48,441 nucleotides of DNA from Myxococcota bacterium (GTDB lineage Bacteria; Myxococcota_A; UBA9160; SZUA-336). A program made the translations under genes and the position numbers. Positions 28,820 through 37,984 of the stretch are shown piece by piece. A model generated the notes under the pieces. The model was not told the DNA's origin. It ran no database searches and was given only the letters and a program-made list of their open reading frames with translations. Location of the stretch: assembly GCA_036337215.1 (NCBI GenBank), contig JAYZEO010000028.1, positions 1 to 48,441 of the forward strand. Direction: 5' to 3'. Within the stretch, counting starts at the first letter, position 1. Each line of letters starts with the position of its first letter.

Positions 28820-29320
28820 CTAACGACGCCTACCCGCGGCCTTCCGACGAGTCGTCTTCTTCGCGGTCGTCTTGCGACGCGCCGTCTTCTTGCCAGCGGC
28901 CTTCTTCCGTGTCGCCTTCTTGCGGGTCGTCTTGCGAGTTGCCGTCTTCTTCCGGCGAGCCGTCTTCTTGCGAGCGGTCTTCTTGCTCGTCGCCTTCTTG
29001 CGAGCGGTCTTCTTGCTCGCCGTCTTCTTGCTCGCCGCCTTCTTGCGCCGTGCGGGTGCTCGGCGTGCTGCCTTCCGGCCTCCGCCCGCGCGCCCTCGCC
29101 GCGCCATCTTCGCCTTGCAGACATCGCCGGCCTTGTCGATGAAGTAAAGGAAACCGGACTCCCTCTCCACCCCCGGCTTCGCCACCTTCTGCGGCCGCTT
29201 CTTCGGCTGACTGCCGCCTCCGCGAGCCATCGCGACACGCGAGATGTCCCCCTGCTTGTCGAGATAGTAGAGGAAGCCGGACTCCCTCTTGATTCCGGTC
29301 TTCGCAACCTTCGCTGCCAT
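28820..29320 (-). CDS. Highly basic histone-H1-like protein: two tandem ~32-aa modules plus a K/R/T/A repeat tail
   Basis: KVAKTGIKRESGFLYYLDKQGDISRVAMARGG / KVAKPGVERESGFLYFIDKAGDVCKAKMARRG followed by pentapeptide repeats; ATG 29320 after GGGGG. Confidence 0.8.
   Translation of the reverse strand: MAAKVAKTGIKRESGFLYYLDKQGDISRVAMARGGGSQPKKRPQKVAKPGVERESGFLYFIDKAGDVCKAKMARRGRAGGGRKAARRAPARRKKAASKKTASKKTARKKATSKKTARKKTARRKKTATRKTTRKKATRKKAAGKKTARRKTTAKKTTRRKAAGRRR
28830..29050 (-). repeat. Imperfect 15-bp coding tandem repeat, about 14 units of (R/S)KK(T/A)(A/T)
   Basis: Recurrent gtcttcttg/cttcttg units on the + strand. Confidence 0.85.
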
Positions 29321-29428
29321 GTTCCCCCCTGTCCGCGCCCTGTTTGACCGTCGGTCGAGCCAGCTCACCTTGTCCGGCCCAGTCCACGAAACCGACGACG
29401 AATCACCGTTCTCGACGGGACGCCCCAG

Positions 29429-29457
29429 AAGTTATGCAAGCTTGTTTTCCGGGTCAA
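29429..29457 (-). promoter_or_regulatory. sigma70 promoter TTGACC-N17-TAACTT with an upstream A-tract (UP-like), driving the H1-like gene
   Basis: Correct spacing; an unusually AT-rich patch at 29428-29490 in a GC-rich window. Confidence 0.6.
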
Positions 29458-30431
29458 ATTTTTTTGGAAGAAAATTCCCTTAAATTCTTCCGGATTCGCG
29501 GCTCGGGTTCCTCGAGCGACGGTTCGAAGGGGCCGCCGGTGATCCACTCATACGCCTCGATGTAGCGCCGGGCGGCCTCGCAGCGAACCTCCTCGGGAAG
29601 CTCGGGAGGCTCGCCGTCCCCTCGATAACCGCGATCGACGAGCCAACTGCGAACGTATTCCTTGTCGAGCGCCTTCGGGTCCGTGGCGGCTTCGAGGCTC
29701 TGCTCGTACCCGGCGACACGCCAGTAGCGGGAGGAATCCGAGGTGTGGATCTCATCCACCACGCAGAGTTCCCCTTCGGGATCGAGGCCGATCTCGTACT
29801 TCGTATCGACCAGGATCAGGCCCTGCTTCTCGGCCCAGGCCGTGCCCTCCGCAAACAACTCCAGTGCGAGCCGCTCGGCCGCGTCGAAGTGCGTCTCCGA
29901 GATGACCCCTTCAGCCAGCAACCCCGCGCGCGAAGCCAGTTCGTCGTGCTGGCCCCTGGGAGCCTTGGTCGTCGGTGTGAGAATCGGCTCCGGTAGCCGG
30001 TCGTTCTTGCGGAGCCCTTCAGGCAGCCGGTGGCCGCAGTATTCCCGCTCGCCACGCGCATACGCAGTCCAGATCGAGGTGTCGGAGACGCCGGCCAGGT
30101 AGCCGCGAACCACGAACTCGACCGGCATGACCCGACACTCGCGAACGACCGAAACCGCAGGGTCGGGCACCGCGAGCAGGTGATTGCGCGCGACCATGCG
30201 CGTGCGCTCGAACCAGAACGCCGCCAGTTGATTCAGGAGTTGGCCCTTGAACGGAATCGTCCCGACGATCACGTCGAAGGCGCTGATCCTGTCGGTGGCC
30301 AGCAACAGCCGCCGACCCGGCTGGAGATAGGCGTCGCGCACCTTGCCCGGAAGGCGTTCCCCGAACTCGGGAAAATCCGTATCGAGAAGGGTCCGGCTGC
30401 ACTGCTCTTTGAGGACAGAAGCTTCAACCAT
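29454..30431 (-). CDS. purC: SAICAR synthase (long type)
   Basis: GKVRD.Y, TDRISAFD, IPFKG, EFVVRGYLAG, TPTTK, LVDTKYE, DEIHTSDSSRYW, DKEYVR. Confidence 0.93.
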   Translation of the reverse strand: MVEASVLKEQCSRTLLDTDFPEFGERLPGKVRDAYLQPGRRLLLATDRISAFDVIVGTIPFKGQLLNQLAAFWFERTRMVARNHLLAVPDPAVSVVRECRVMPVEFVVRGYLAGVSDTSIWTAYARGEREYCGHRLPEGLRKNDRLPEPILTPTTKAPRGQHDELASRAGLLAEGVISETHFDAAERLALELFAEGTAWAEKQGLILVDTKYEIGLDPEGELCVVDEIHTSDSSRYWRVAGYEQSLEAATDPKALDKEYVRSWLVDRGYRGDGEPPELPEEVRCEAARRYIEAYEWITGGPFEPSLEEPEPRIRKNLREFSSKKI

Positions 30432-30659
30432 GATCGGTGCCCCCCAGTCGCAGACTAGAGCACGCGCCCCCCGGCTGACTACCCCGACGACCCAGAGCCC
30501 GAGCCGCGGAGGGTACAGCCGTCGCCAGCATCAGAGACCGCCGGCCCGCACGTCGGGCGCTGGCACCCCGGGATGCCTTCGAGGTCGAGGGCCTACCGGA
30601 GGCCGCGATCGGCAACCAGGTCGGCCGGAACCCGCGACCCGTCGGGGTGCGCCCCGGCC

Positions 30660-31616
30660 CTAGGCCTCGCCGCGACGCTCCACGACGAGTCGCTCGACCG
30701 CGTCCAATACCTGCTCCTCGAGTCGCGTTTCATCGAGGGCATTGATCTCTTCCACCCCGGTCGGACTGGTCACGTTCACCTCGGTGAGAAAGTCTCCGAT
30801 CACGTCGATCCCGGCGAACAGAATCCCGTGCTCTCGCAGGCCGGGCTCGAGCCGCGTGCAGATCTCGCGGTCGCGATCCGTGATCTCGGCCTTCGCGGGC
30901 GCTCCGCCGACGTGGAAGTTGGCTCGGAACTCCCCGTGCCGCGGGATCCGCAGTACCGCCCCGATCGGCCGACCCTCGAGCAGCAAGATACGCTTGTCGC
31001 CGTAGCGGATCTCGGGAAGGTAGCGCTGCGCGATCTGCGGTCGGGTGCCGAACTGCGTGGCGGTTTCCAGGATCGTGTTGCAGTTTCGATCCCCGGGTGT
31101 GATGTGGAAAATGCCCTCTCCGCCGCGTCCCCCGAGCGGCTTCAACACCATATCGCCCCCGAACTTGTCCCGGAATGAGAGCAGTTCCTCCACGCGCGAG
31201 CTGACCAGCGTTTCGGGAACCAGATCGGGGTAGCGGGTCGCAAAGAGCTTCTCGTCGACGTTCCGGAGGCCCGCCGGATCGTTCACGACCAACGTCGGTC
31301 CCGAGACCAGGCTGAGCAACTGGGTCGCGTAGAAGTACGCCAGGTCGTAGGGCGGATCCTTGCGCATCCAGACCACGTCGAATTCGTGGAGCCAGCTGTG
31401 CAGGGACACGCCGGCCTGGTACCAGGGCTCGTCCTCGGCGGGCTGGATCTGCCGGAGCCACGCAAAGGGCCGGCCTCCTTCGCCGACGCCGAGACTATCG
31501 ACCTGACCGGTCCACACTTCGTGACCCCGACGCCAGGCCTCGCGCATGAACGCGATCGAACTGTCCTGGCCGGGGAGCAGTTCCGGAAGGGGGTCGACGA
31601 TAAAGACATGCCGCAC
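30660..31616 (-). CDS. gshB: Glutathione synthetase
   Basis: DSSIAFM, MRKDPPYD, LKPL...GG.GIF, GDKRI, FRANFHVGG, GIDVIG..LTEVNVTSPTG; GTG 31616. Confidence 0.93.
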   Translation of the reverse strand: MRHVFIVDPLPELLPGQDSSIAFMREAWRRGHEVWTGQVDSLGVGEGGRPFAWLRQIQPAEDEPWYQAGVSLHSWLHEFDVVWMRKDPPYDLAYFYATQLLSLVSGPTLVVNDPAGLRNVDEKLFATRYPDLVPETLVSSRVEELLSFRDKFGGDMVLKPLGGRGGEGIFHITPGDRNCNTILETATQFGTRPQIAQRYLPEIRYGDKRILLLEGRPIGAVLRIPRHGEFRANFHVGGAPAKAEITDRDREICTRLEPGLREHGILFAGIDVIGDFLTEVNVTSPTGVEEINALDETRLEEQVLDAVERLVVERRGEA

Positions 31617-31625
31617 GGCGCCCGA

Positions 31626-31655
31626 ATCGTAAGATCCAGCCGCGCGCTCTGTCAA
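31626..31655 (-). promoter_or_regulatory. sigma70 promoter TTGACA-N18-TACGAT for gshB
   Basis: Perfect -35; -10 lies 9 nt upstream of the GTG start. Confidence 0.6.
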
Positions 31656-31816
31656 ACCTGAAGAAATCGCAAGTGGTTGATTCTAAAAGGGGACGGTCGC
31701 CGACAACGGCTCCGACCAGAAGTGGGCGCAGGCCCGCGGACGGTTTGAATCGGCCCCGGGCCTGGGGTAGGTTCGCAGGCGACCGTTTCCAACTTCCCCC
31801 GGGCGAGGAACCGCTG

Positions 31817-34345
31817 TTGCGAGGCTGGCTCTACCGCGCGCTTGCCCTTCTGAGTGCGACCGTCCTGGTCGGGAGCCTGAGTGCGGTGCTGTTCTACGCC
31901 CTGATCCTGCGGGGACTGCCGGAACTCTACTCGCTGACCGACTACCGGCCCAATCTCGTGACCCGCGTCCGTGCGGCCGACGGCACGCTGATCGGAGAAT
32001 TCGCGCGTGAGCGACGCGAGGTGGTCGCGATCGAGCGGATCCCGGAACATGTCGTCCGGGCCTTCGTTTCGTCGGAGGATGACGCCTTCTACGAGCACGA
32101 GGGCCTCGACTATGCGGGCATCGCGCGCGCGGCCTGGGCCAACCTGCGCGCAGGGGGGATCCGCCAGGGAGGCAGCACCATCACGCAGCAGGTGGCCAAG
32201 ACCTTCCTGCTGAGTTCGGAACGGAGCTGGATCCGCAAGCTCAAGGACATGGTCCTGGCGATGCGGATCGAAGAGCACCTGAACAAAAACGAGATCTTGT
32301 TCCTGTACCTGAACCAGATCTATCTGGGCTCGGGCGCCTATGGCCTCGAAGCGGCCTCGCGCACCTACTTCGACAAGGGTGTCGAGGACCTGACGCTCGC
32401 CGAGGCGGCGCTGATCGCGGGCCTGGTCCCAGCGCCGTCGCGCTACACGCCCTTCCGCAGTCCCGAGCGCGCTTCCGCCCGACAGCACTTCGTGCTCCGG
32501 CGGATGCGCGAAGAGGGATACATCACGCCCGAAGCAGAACTCGCGGCTCTCCAGCAGGAACTCGAGTTCAGGGAACCCGCGCAAGATCCCCTGCGGGTGG
32601 CTTCGAGATCCTTCGTCGAGGAGGTGCGGCGCTACCTGGTCGATCGCTACGGCGCAAGCGAGGTGCTCACGGGGGGCCTCTCGGTTCGCACCGCGCTGGC
32701 GCCGATTCACCAACTGGCCGCATACCAGGAACTCCGGCGCGGGCTTCGGGCCCAGGACCAACGGCGCGGCTATCGGGGACCGATTCGAAGCCTGCCCGTC
32801 TCGGCCTGGGGCTCGGCGCTCCCCGAACTGGCCGCCGCAAACGGACCCGGGCCCTGGCCCGACGGCACCCGGCTCCAGGGGCTGGTGGTCGGCGTGGATC
32901 CGGCCGGAAAGTTCGCCCACGTCGCGCTCGGCGGCGCCGAACTCGCGCGGCTGCGTCTCGAAGAGATCTCCTGGGCGCGGGAACCCGATCCCGAACTCGA
33001 TGGGCTCGATCGCCGCAATCACATCAAGCACCTGCGGCAAGCGCTCAAACGCGGTTACCGGATCGAACTCGAGCGGATCGGAGAACGAGTCCCGGAGCCA
33101 CCGGACCCGAACGCTGCGAACCCGCCCGCCTACGACCCGACGCCGGTTCCGGTGTGGCAGCTCTACCAGGAACCGCAGGCCGAGGGTGCGCTGGTGTCGA
33201 TCGACGTCGCGACCGACGAGGTCCGGGCCATGGTCGGGGGCTACAGCTTCGACAGGAGCCAGTACAACCGCGCGGTTCAGTCGCGCAGGCAACCCGGGTC
33301 GGCCTTCAAGCCGATCGTGTACGCGGCGGCCCTCAAGCAGGGCGATACCCCGGCCACGATCGTCTACGACTCCCCGATCGTGTACGACGACGCGGCAACC
33401 GGGGGAACCTGGAAGCCCCGAAACTACGGGCGCAAGTTCTACGGACCCATCACCTACCGGCAGGCGCTCGCAAAATCCAGGAACCTCGCCACCGTGAAAG
33501 TCACGCGGAAGATCGGGATCGACGCGGTGATGGAGATGGCGCAGTCGCTCGGAATCCACGCTCCGCTCGAACGCAACCTGGGACTCGCACTCGGAAACAG
33601 CGAGGTGACACTGGCCGAACTGGTCCGGAGCTACGGGATCTTCGCAGCCGGGGGCCGGGAGACGACCCCGATCTACATTCTCGAGATCCGGGACCGGGAA
33701 GGGGCGCTGCTCGAAGAGCGGGTGCCGCTGCTCACCGACCGCAGCGAACTCGAAGACCCGAATACCCCCAGGCCCGAGGAGCCCGAGATCGACCCGATCC
33801 TCCTGCAACTCACCGAGCAGACCCTGTCCGAAGCCGAGCAGGAACGCGACGGCACCGCGCCCGAGTACCGGGTCCCGGACGGCTTCGCGATCGACCCGAT
33901 CGACGCCTACCTGATGTCCGACCTGCTGCGCGCGGTGGTAGAGGAAGGCACGGGCTGGCGGGCGCGGCGCCTGCGACGGCCGGTCGCGGGCAAGACCGGG
34001 ACCACCAACGACAACCACGACGCCTGGTTCCTGGGCTTCACCCCCGACCTCGTGGCCGGCGTCTGGGTCGGCTTCGACACCGCCCGGCCGCTGGGCAAGA
34101 ACGAGGCGGGCTCGCGCGCGGCCGCCCCGATCTGGGTCGCCTATATGGAGCGCGTGCTGCGCGAACTCCCACCCGAAGAGTTCCCGGTGCCGAGCGGTAT
34201 CCAGTTCACGCGCATCGACCCGAAAACGGGCCTGCTCGCCCGTCCCACGACCAACGCGGTGTTCCAGTCATTCCGCGAGGGAACCGCCCCGGCGGAATTC
34301 GCACCGAACGGCGACGGCCAGAGCGGCCGGCCACGGCTCGATTAG
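31817..34345 (+). CDS. mrcA: Class A penicillin-binding protein PBP1A
   Basis: EDDAFYEHEG, GGSTITQQ, LYLNQIYLG, QPGSAFKP (SxxK), SRN, GKTGTTN; start uncertain (31673-31817). Confidence 0.92.
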   Translation: MRGWLYRALALLSATVLVGSLSAVLFYALILRGLPELYSLTDYRPNLVTRVRAADGTLIGEFARERREVVAIERIPEHVVRAFVSSEDDAFYEHEGLDYAGIARAAWANLRAGGIRQGGSTITQQVAKTFLLSSERSWIRKLKDMVLAMRIEEHLNKNEILFLYLNQIYLGSGAYGLEAASRTYFDKGVEDLTLAEAALIAGLVPAPSRYTPFRSPERASARQHFVLRRMREEGYITPEAELAALQQELEFREPAQDPLRVASRSFVEEVRRYLVDRYGASEVLTGGLSVRTALAPIHQLAAYQELRRGLRAQDQRRGYRGPIRSLPVSAWGSALPELAAANGPGPWPDGTRLQGLVVGVDPAGKFAHVALGGAELARLRLEEISWAREPDPELDGLDRRNHIKHLRQALKRGYRIELERIGERVPEPPDPNAANPPAYDPTPVPVWQLYQEPQAEGALVSIDVATDEVRAMVGGYSFDRSQYNRAVQSRRQPGSAFKPIVYAAALKQGDTPATIVYDSPIVYDDAATGGTWKPRNYGRKFYGPITYRQALAKSRNLATVKVTRKIGIDAVMEMAQSLGIHAPLERNLGLALGNSEVTLAELVRSYGIFAAGGRETTPIYILEIRDREGALLEERVPLLTDRSELEDPNTPRPEEPEIDPILLQLTEQTLSEAEQERDGTAPEYRVPDGFAIDPIDAYLMSDLLRAVVEEGTGWRARRLRRPVAGKTGTTNDNHDAWFLGFTPDLVAGVWVGFDTARPLGKNEAGSRAAAPIWVAYMERVLRELPPEEFPVPSGIQFTRIDPKTGLLARPTTNAVFQSFREGTAPAEFAPNGDGQSGRPRLD

Positions 34346-34408
34346 GCAAAGGGCCGCGGTGCCGCGCAGAGTCCCGTTCACGGCCGACCGCGGCTACACT
34401 TTGAGTTG

Positions 34409-36103
34409 ATGCCGGAGGCGCAGGTGGTGGTGATCGGGGGAGGCCACAACGGTCTCGTCTGCGCTGCGTACCTGGCGCGCAAGGGCGTAAATGTGCGTCT
34501 GGTCGAGCGTCGCGAACTGCTCGGCGGCGCCGCCTCGACCGAAGAGCGCTGGCCAGGGTTCCAGATTTCGCGCGCCGCCTACGTGCTCGGTCTGTTCCGG
34601 CCGCAGATTCTCGAGGAACTGCAACTCGCTCGGCACGGGCTGCGGCTCCTGCCCCGGTATCCATCCTCGTTCACGCCACTGCCCGACGGGCGCTCACTGG
34701 TGCTGGGGTATGACCGCGAACACGACCTCGCCGAGATCGCGCGCTTTTCGCAGCACGATGCGGAGGCGTACCCCAGGTACCAGGCATTCCTCGAGAAGAT
34801 CGCGAGCGCGCTGGAGCCGACCCTGGACCGCCCTCCGCCCAGTACCCGGTTCGGTGGAGGCTCCGACCTGCTCCCGTGGTTCGAGGCGGCAAGACTCGGA
34901 GCCCGACTCGGACGAGACTTCTCGGGCAGCCTGAGGCTGCTGCTCGGCCCGGCCCGGGCCCTGCTCGACGAATGGTTCGACTCCGAGCCGCTCAAGGCCA
35001 CGCTGGCCACCGACGCAGTCATCGGCGCGTTCGCCGCGCCGTCGATGCCGGGCACGGGCTACGTGCTGTTCCATCACGTGATGGGATCGGTCACCGGTCG
35101 ACGCGGAGTCTGGGCCTACGTCGAGGGTGGCATGGGCGGCCTCGCGAACGCGCTGGAGCGCTCGGCGCGTGAGGCCGGCGTCGAGATTCGGACCGCGGCG
35201 CCGGTGGCTCAGGTCCTGGTGCGCGACGGACGCGCGGCCGGCGTGGCCCTCGAGGACGGGGAGGAAATCCAGGCAGACCTGGTGGTCTCGTCCGCCGACC
35301 CCTACCACACCTTCAAGGGCCTCGTGGGCGAGAAGCACCTCCCCGAGGCCTTCGTGCGCGGGCTGAACACGATCGACTTTCGCAGTCCCGTGTTCAAGAT
35401 CAACGCCACACTCTCGGCGCTGCCGGAGTTCCGTGTCACCGACCGGGACGCACCGCCGCCCCTCGGCGGCACGATCCACCTGGGCGCGACCGACCTCGAC
35501 GCAATCGAGCACGCCTACGATCAGGCCCGGGGGGGCGACGTCTCCGAACGGCCCCTGGTCGAACTGGTGCTCCCGACGGTGCTGGATCGCGAACTTGCAC
35601 CCGAGGGCAAGCACATCGCTTCGTTCTTTGCGCAGTACGCGCCCGAGCTTGCGATGGACGATCCCGGCTGGGACAAACTGCGCGACCTCGCGCGCGACCG
35701 CGTCCTGGCGCTCTGCGACGAGGCCGCGCCCGGTTTCTCCGACCGGATCGAAGACCTCGAAGTGCTGGCGCCTCCCGATCTCGAGCGCACCTACGGGCTC
35801 ACGGGCGGAAACATCTTCCACGGAGCCATGAGCCCCGACCGATTGCTGTTCATGCGGCCACTCCCGGATTGGGCCAACTACCGCACGCCGCTCGACGGCC
35901 TGTACCTGTGCGGCGCCGGGACCCATCCCGGTGGGGGCGTGATGGGCGCATGCGGTCGCAATGCCGCACTCGAAATTTTGCGCGAACTCGGGCGTGAGCG
36001 CTTCTGGAACCGGGTGCGCACGACGCTGCGCGAGGATCTTCCCGCGAGGCTTCGCTCCTGGCGGAATCGGGTCCGATCGCTCACAGCAGCAAAGGCCGAC
36101 TGA
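34409..36103 (+). CDS. Phytoene-desaturase-family FAD oxidoreductase (PYROXD2-like)
   Basis: IGGGHNGLVCAAYLA, GTGYVLFHHVMG, GGNIFHG, LYLCGAGTHPGGGV. Confidence 0.88.
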   Translation: MPEAQVVVIGGGHNGLVCAAYLARKGVNVRLVERRELLGGAASTEERWPGFQISRAAYVLGLFRPQILEELQLARHGLRLLPRYPSSFTPLPDGRSLVLGYDREHDLAEIARFSQHDAEAYPRYQAFLEKIASALEPTLDRPPPSTRFGGGSDLLPWFEAARLGARLGRDFSGSLRLLLGPARALLDEWFDSEPLKATLATDAVIGAFAAPSMPGTGYVLFHHVMGSVTGRRGVWAYVEGGMGGLANALERSAREAGVEIRTAAPVAQVLVRDGRAAGVALEDGEEIQADLVVSSADPYHTFKGLVGEKHLPEAFVRGLNTIDFRSPVFKINATLSALPEFRVTDRDAPPPLGGTIHLGATDLDAIEHAYDQARGGDVSERPLVELVLPTVLDRELAPEGKHIASFFAQYAPELAMDDPGWDKLRDLARDRVLALCDEAAPGFSDRIEDLEVLAPPDLERTYGLTGGNIFHGAMSPDRLLFMRPLPDWANYRTPLDGLYLCGAGTHPGGGVMGACGRNAALEILRELGRERFWNRVRTTLREDLPARLRSWRNRVRSLTAAKAD

Positions 36104-36161
36104 GCGACCCCTAGCATCGTTTCGACGATCCCGCGCCGCGCGGGCTATGCTGCCCGCGCGC

Positions 36162-36773
36162 ATGCCCCCGACGATCCTGCTATTGGTCCGGCACGGAGAG
36201 ACTCCGGCAAATCTCGACGGCGTCTGGCACGGCTCGACCGACACCGCGCTCACGAAGCGCGGTCAACTGCAGGCCGAGCGCGCGGCGGAGCACCTGAGCC
36301 AGCATCACGCCGGCGCTCGAGCCCTCTACACAAGCCCGCTCCAGCGCGCCCGGCAAACCGCTGCCCCGATCGGGCGCGCCCTCGGTCTCGAACTGCAGGC
36401 CGATCCGGAGCTGGCCGAGTTCGACCTGGGAAGCTGGGAAGGCAAGAGCTATCGGGAACTCGCCCGCACCCACCAACTCTGGGAGGAGATGCGACGCGAC
36501 CCGGACTTCGCCCCCCACGGCGGCGAGTCTCCGCGCCAGGTCACCGATCGCGTCTGTCGGGCCCTGGCGCGAATTCACGCCGCACACCCGGGCGAGCGCG
36601 TGATCGTGGTGACCCACGGTGGCGCCCTCAGCATGGCCATGGGACGGCTCCTGGGCCAGCACGAGACCGACTGGCACCGCGTGATGGACAACGGCGCGCT
36701 CTCCGAACTGCTGCTGGCGCCCGAGCCGAGCCTCCGGAGCTTCAACTTCTCGGAACACCTCGAAGGGCTCTGA
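36162..36773 (+). CDS. Histidine phosphatase (phosphoglycerate mutase family)
   Basis: RHGET, SPLQRARQTA, E...G.WEG, VTHGG. Confidence 0.9.
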   Translation: MPPTILLLVRHGETPANLDGVWHGSTDTALTKRGQLQAERAAEHLSQHHAGARALYTSPLQRARQTAAPIGRALGLELQADPELAEFDLGSWEGKSYRELARTHQLWEEMRRDPDFAPHGGESPRQVTDRVCRALARIHAAHPGERVIVVTHGGALSMAMGRLLGQHETDWHRVMDNGALSELLLAPEPSLRSFNFSEHLEGL

Positions 36774-36861
36774 ACCAGACGGACCCGCCCGGATCCCGGG
36801 CGACCGCGAGGCGGTTCGTAGTATTATCGGGCGCGAACAATCGAGAAAAGGTGCCCCCAAG

Positions 36862-37974
36862 ATGAACTTCGACTTCTCAGAAGAGCAGAAGCTCCTCCAG
36901 AAGACCGCGCGCGACTATCTCTCCGAGAACGCCCCGCTCGGCCTTTGCAGAAAGATCCTGGAGGGAGACGAATCCTACAGCCGCGAACTCTGGCAAGCCG
37001 CAGCCGAGATGGGCTGGCTGGGCGCCGCGATCCCCGAAGAGTACGGGGGCGCCGGTTTCGGCCAACTCGAACTGGCACTGATTGCCGAAGAAGTGGGCCG
37101 CGCGCTCGCACCGATCCCGTTCTCGTCCTCGGTCTACCTGGCGACCGAGGCGCTGATGCTGGCGGGCACGGACGAGCAAAAGCAGCGCTACCTGCCGCGC
37201 CTGGCCTCGGGCGAGCTGATCGGGACCTTCGCGATCGCGGAGCGGCGCGGCAGGCCGACGCCGGCCAGCATCCAGACCACCTTCAAGGCCGGCGAGTTGG
37301 CGGGCGTCAAGCTACCGGTCCCGGATGGCGACGTAGCCGGGCTCGCGATCGTGAATGCGCGTGACGACAGCGGGATCTCGCTCGTGATCGCCGAACTCGA
37401 CGCACCCGGTGTCGAGCGCGAGACCCTGACGTCGATCGACCCGTCGCGCTCGCTTGCCCGGATCAGCTTTCAGGGCGCGCGGGCCGAACTGCTCGGAACG
37501 TCCGGCAATGGACAAGAACTCGCCGAGTCGATCCTGGACCGCGCCGCGGTGCTGATGGCGTTCGAGCAAGTCGGGTCCGCGGCTCGCGCGTTCGAGATCA
37601 CCAAGGACTTCATGATGGAGCGTTACGCGTTCGGCCGCCCGATCGCGTCTTTCCAGGCGCTCAAGCACCGGCTGGCCGACCTGTACGTGAAGATCGAACT
37701 GGCGCGCTCCAACTCCTACTACGGGGCGTGGGCGCTCTCGAGCGAAAGCCCGGAGCTCGCGGTCGCGGCCTGCGGCGCACGCGCGAGTGCGAGCGACGCA
37801 TTCGATCTCGCGAGCCAAGAAATGGTCCAACTCCACGGGGGCGTCGGCTACACCTGGGAGTTCGACTGCCACCTCTTCTACCGCCGCGCAAAGCTCCTGG
37901 GACTCGCTCTCGGGAACGCCAACGAATGGCGCGACAAGTTGATCGAACGGCTCGACCGCGTGTCGGCCGCCTGA
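36862..37974 (+). CDS. Acyl-CoA dehydrogenase family, small/partner subunit
   Basis: MNFDFSEEQ, PEEYGGAG, R.AFGRPIASFQALKH, QLHGGVGYTWE. Confidence 0.88.
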   Translation: MNFDFSEEQKLLQKTARDYLSENAPLGLCRKILEGDESYSRELWQAAAEMGWLGAAIPEEYGGAGFGQLELALIAEEVGRALAPIPFSSSVYLATEALMLAGTDEQKQRYLPRLASGELIGTFAIAERRGRPTPASIQTTFKAGELAGVKLPVPDGDVAGLAIVNARDDSGISLVIAELDAPGVERETLTSIDPSRSLARISFQGARAELLGTSGNGQELAESILDRAAVLMAFEQVGSAARAFEITKDFMMERYAFGRPIASFQALKHRLADLYVKIELARSNSYYGAWALSSESPELAVAACGARASASDAFDLASQEMVQLHGGVGYTWEFDCHLFYRRAKLLGLALGNANEWRDKLIERLDRVSAA

Positions 37975-37984
37975 GGAGACCTGC

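Noticed and set aside
28830-29050. Periodic repeats as a possible CRISPR array or VNTR
   Set aside because: Units are degenerate 15-mers without spacers and encode the lysine-rich tail in frame
30481-30648. 6S RNA, ZTP riboswitch or ykkC/PRPP riboswitch upstream of purC (GGGTTCCG...CTGGT seen on the minus strand)
   Set aside because: Pairing stops after 9 bp, so there is no 6S-like rod; the conserved 3' elements of the ykkC and ZTP motifs are not visible
31652-34018. 788-aa minus-strand ORF
   Set aside because: Antisense shadow of PBP1A with no protein-like motifs
34409-36103. Carotenoid biosynthesis gene crtI
   Set aside because: No crtB/crtE nearby; motifs fit the PYROXD2-like subfamily of unknown substrate
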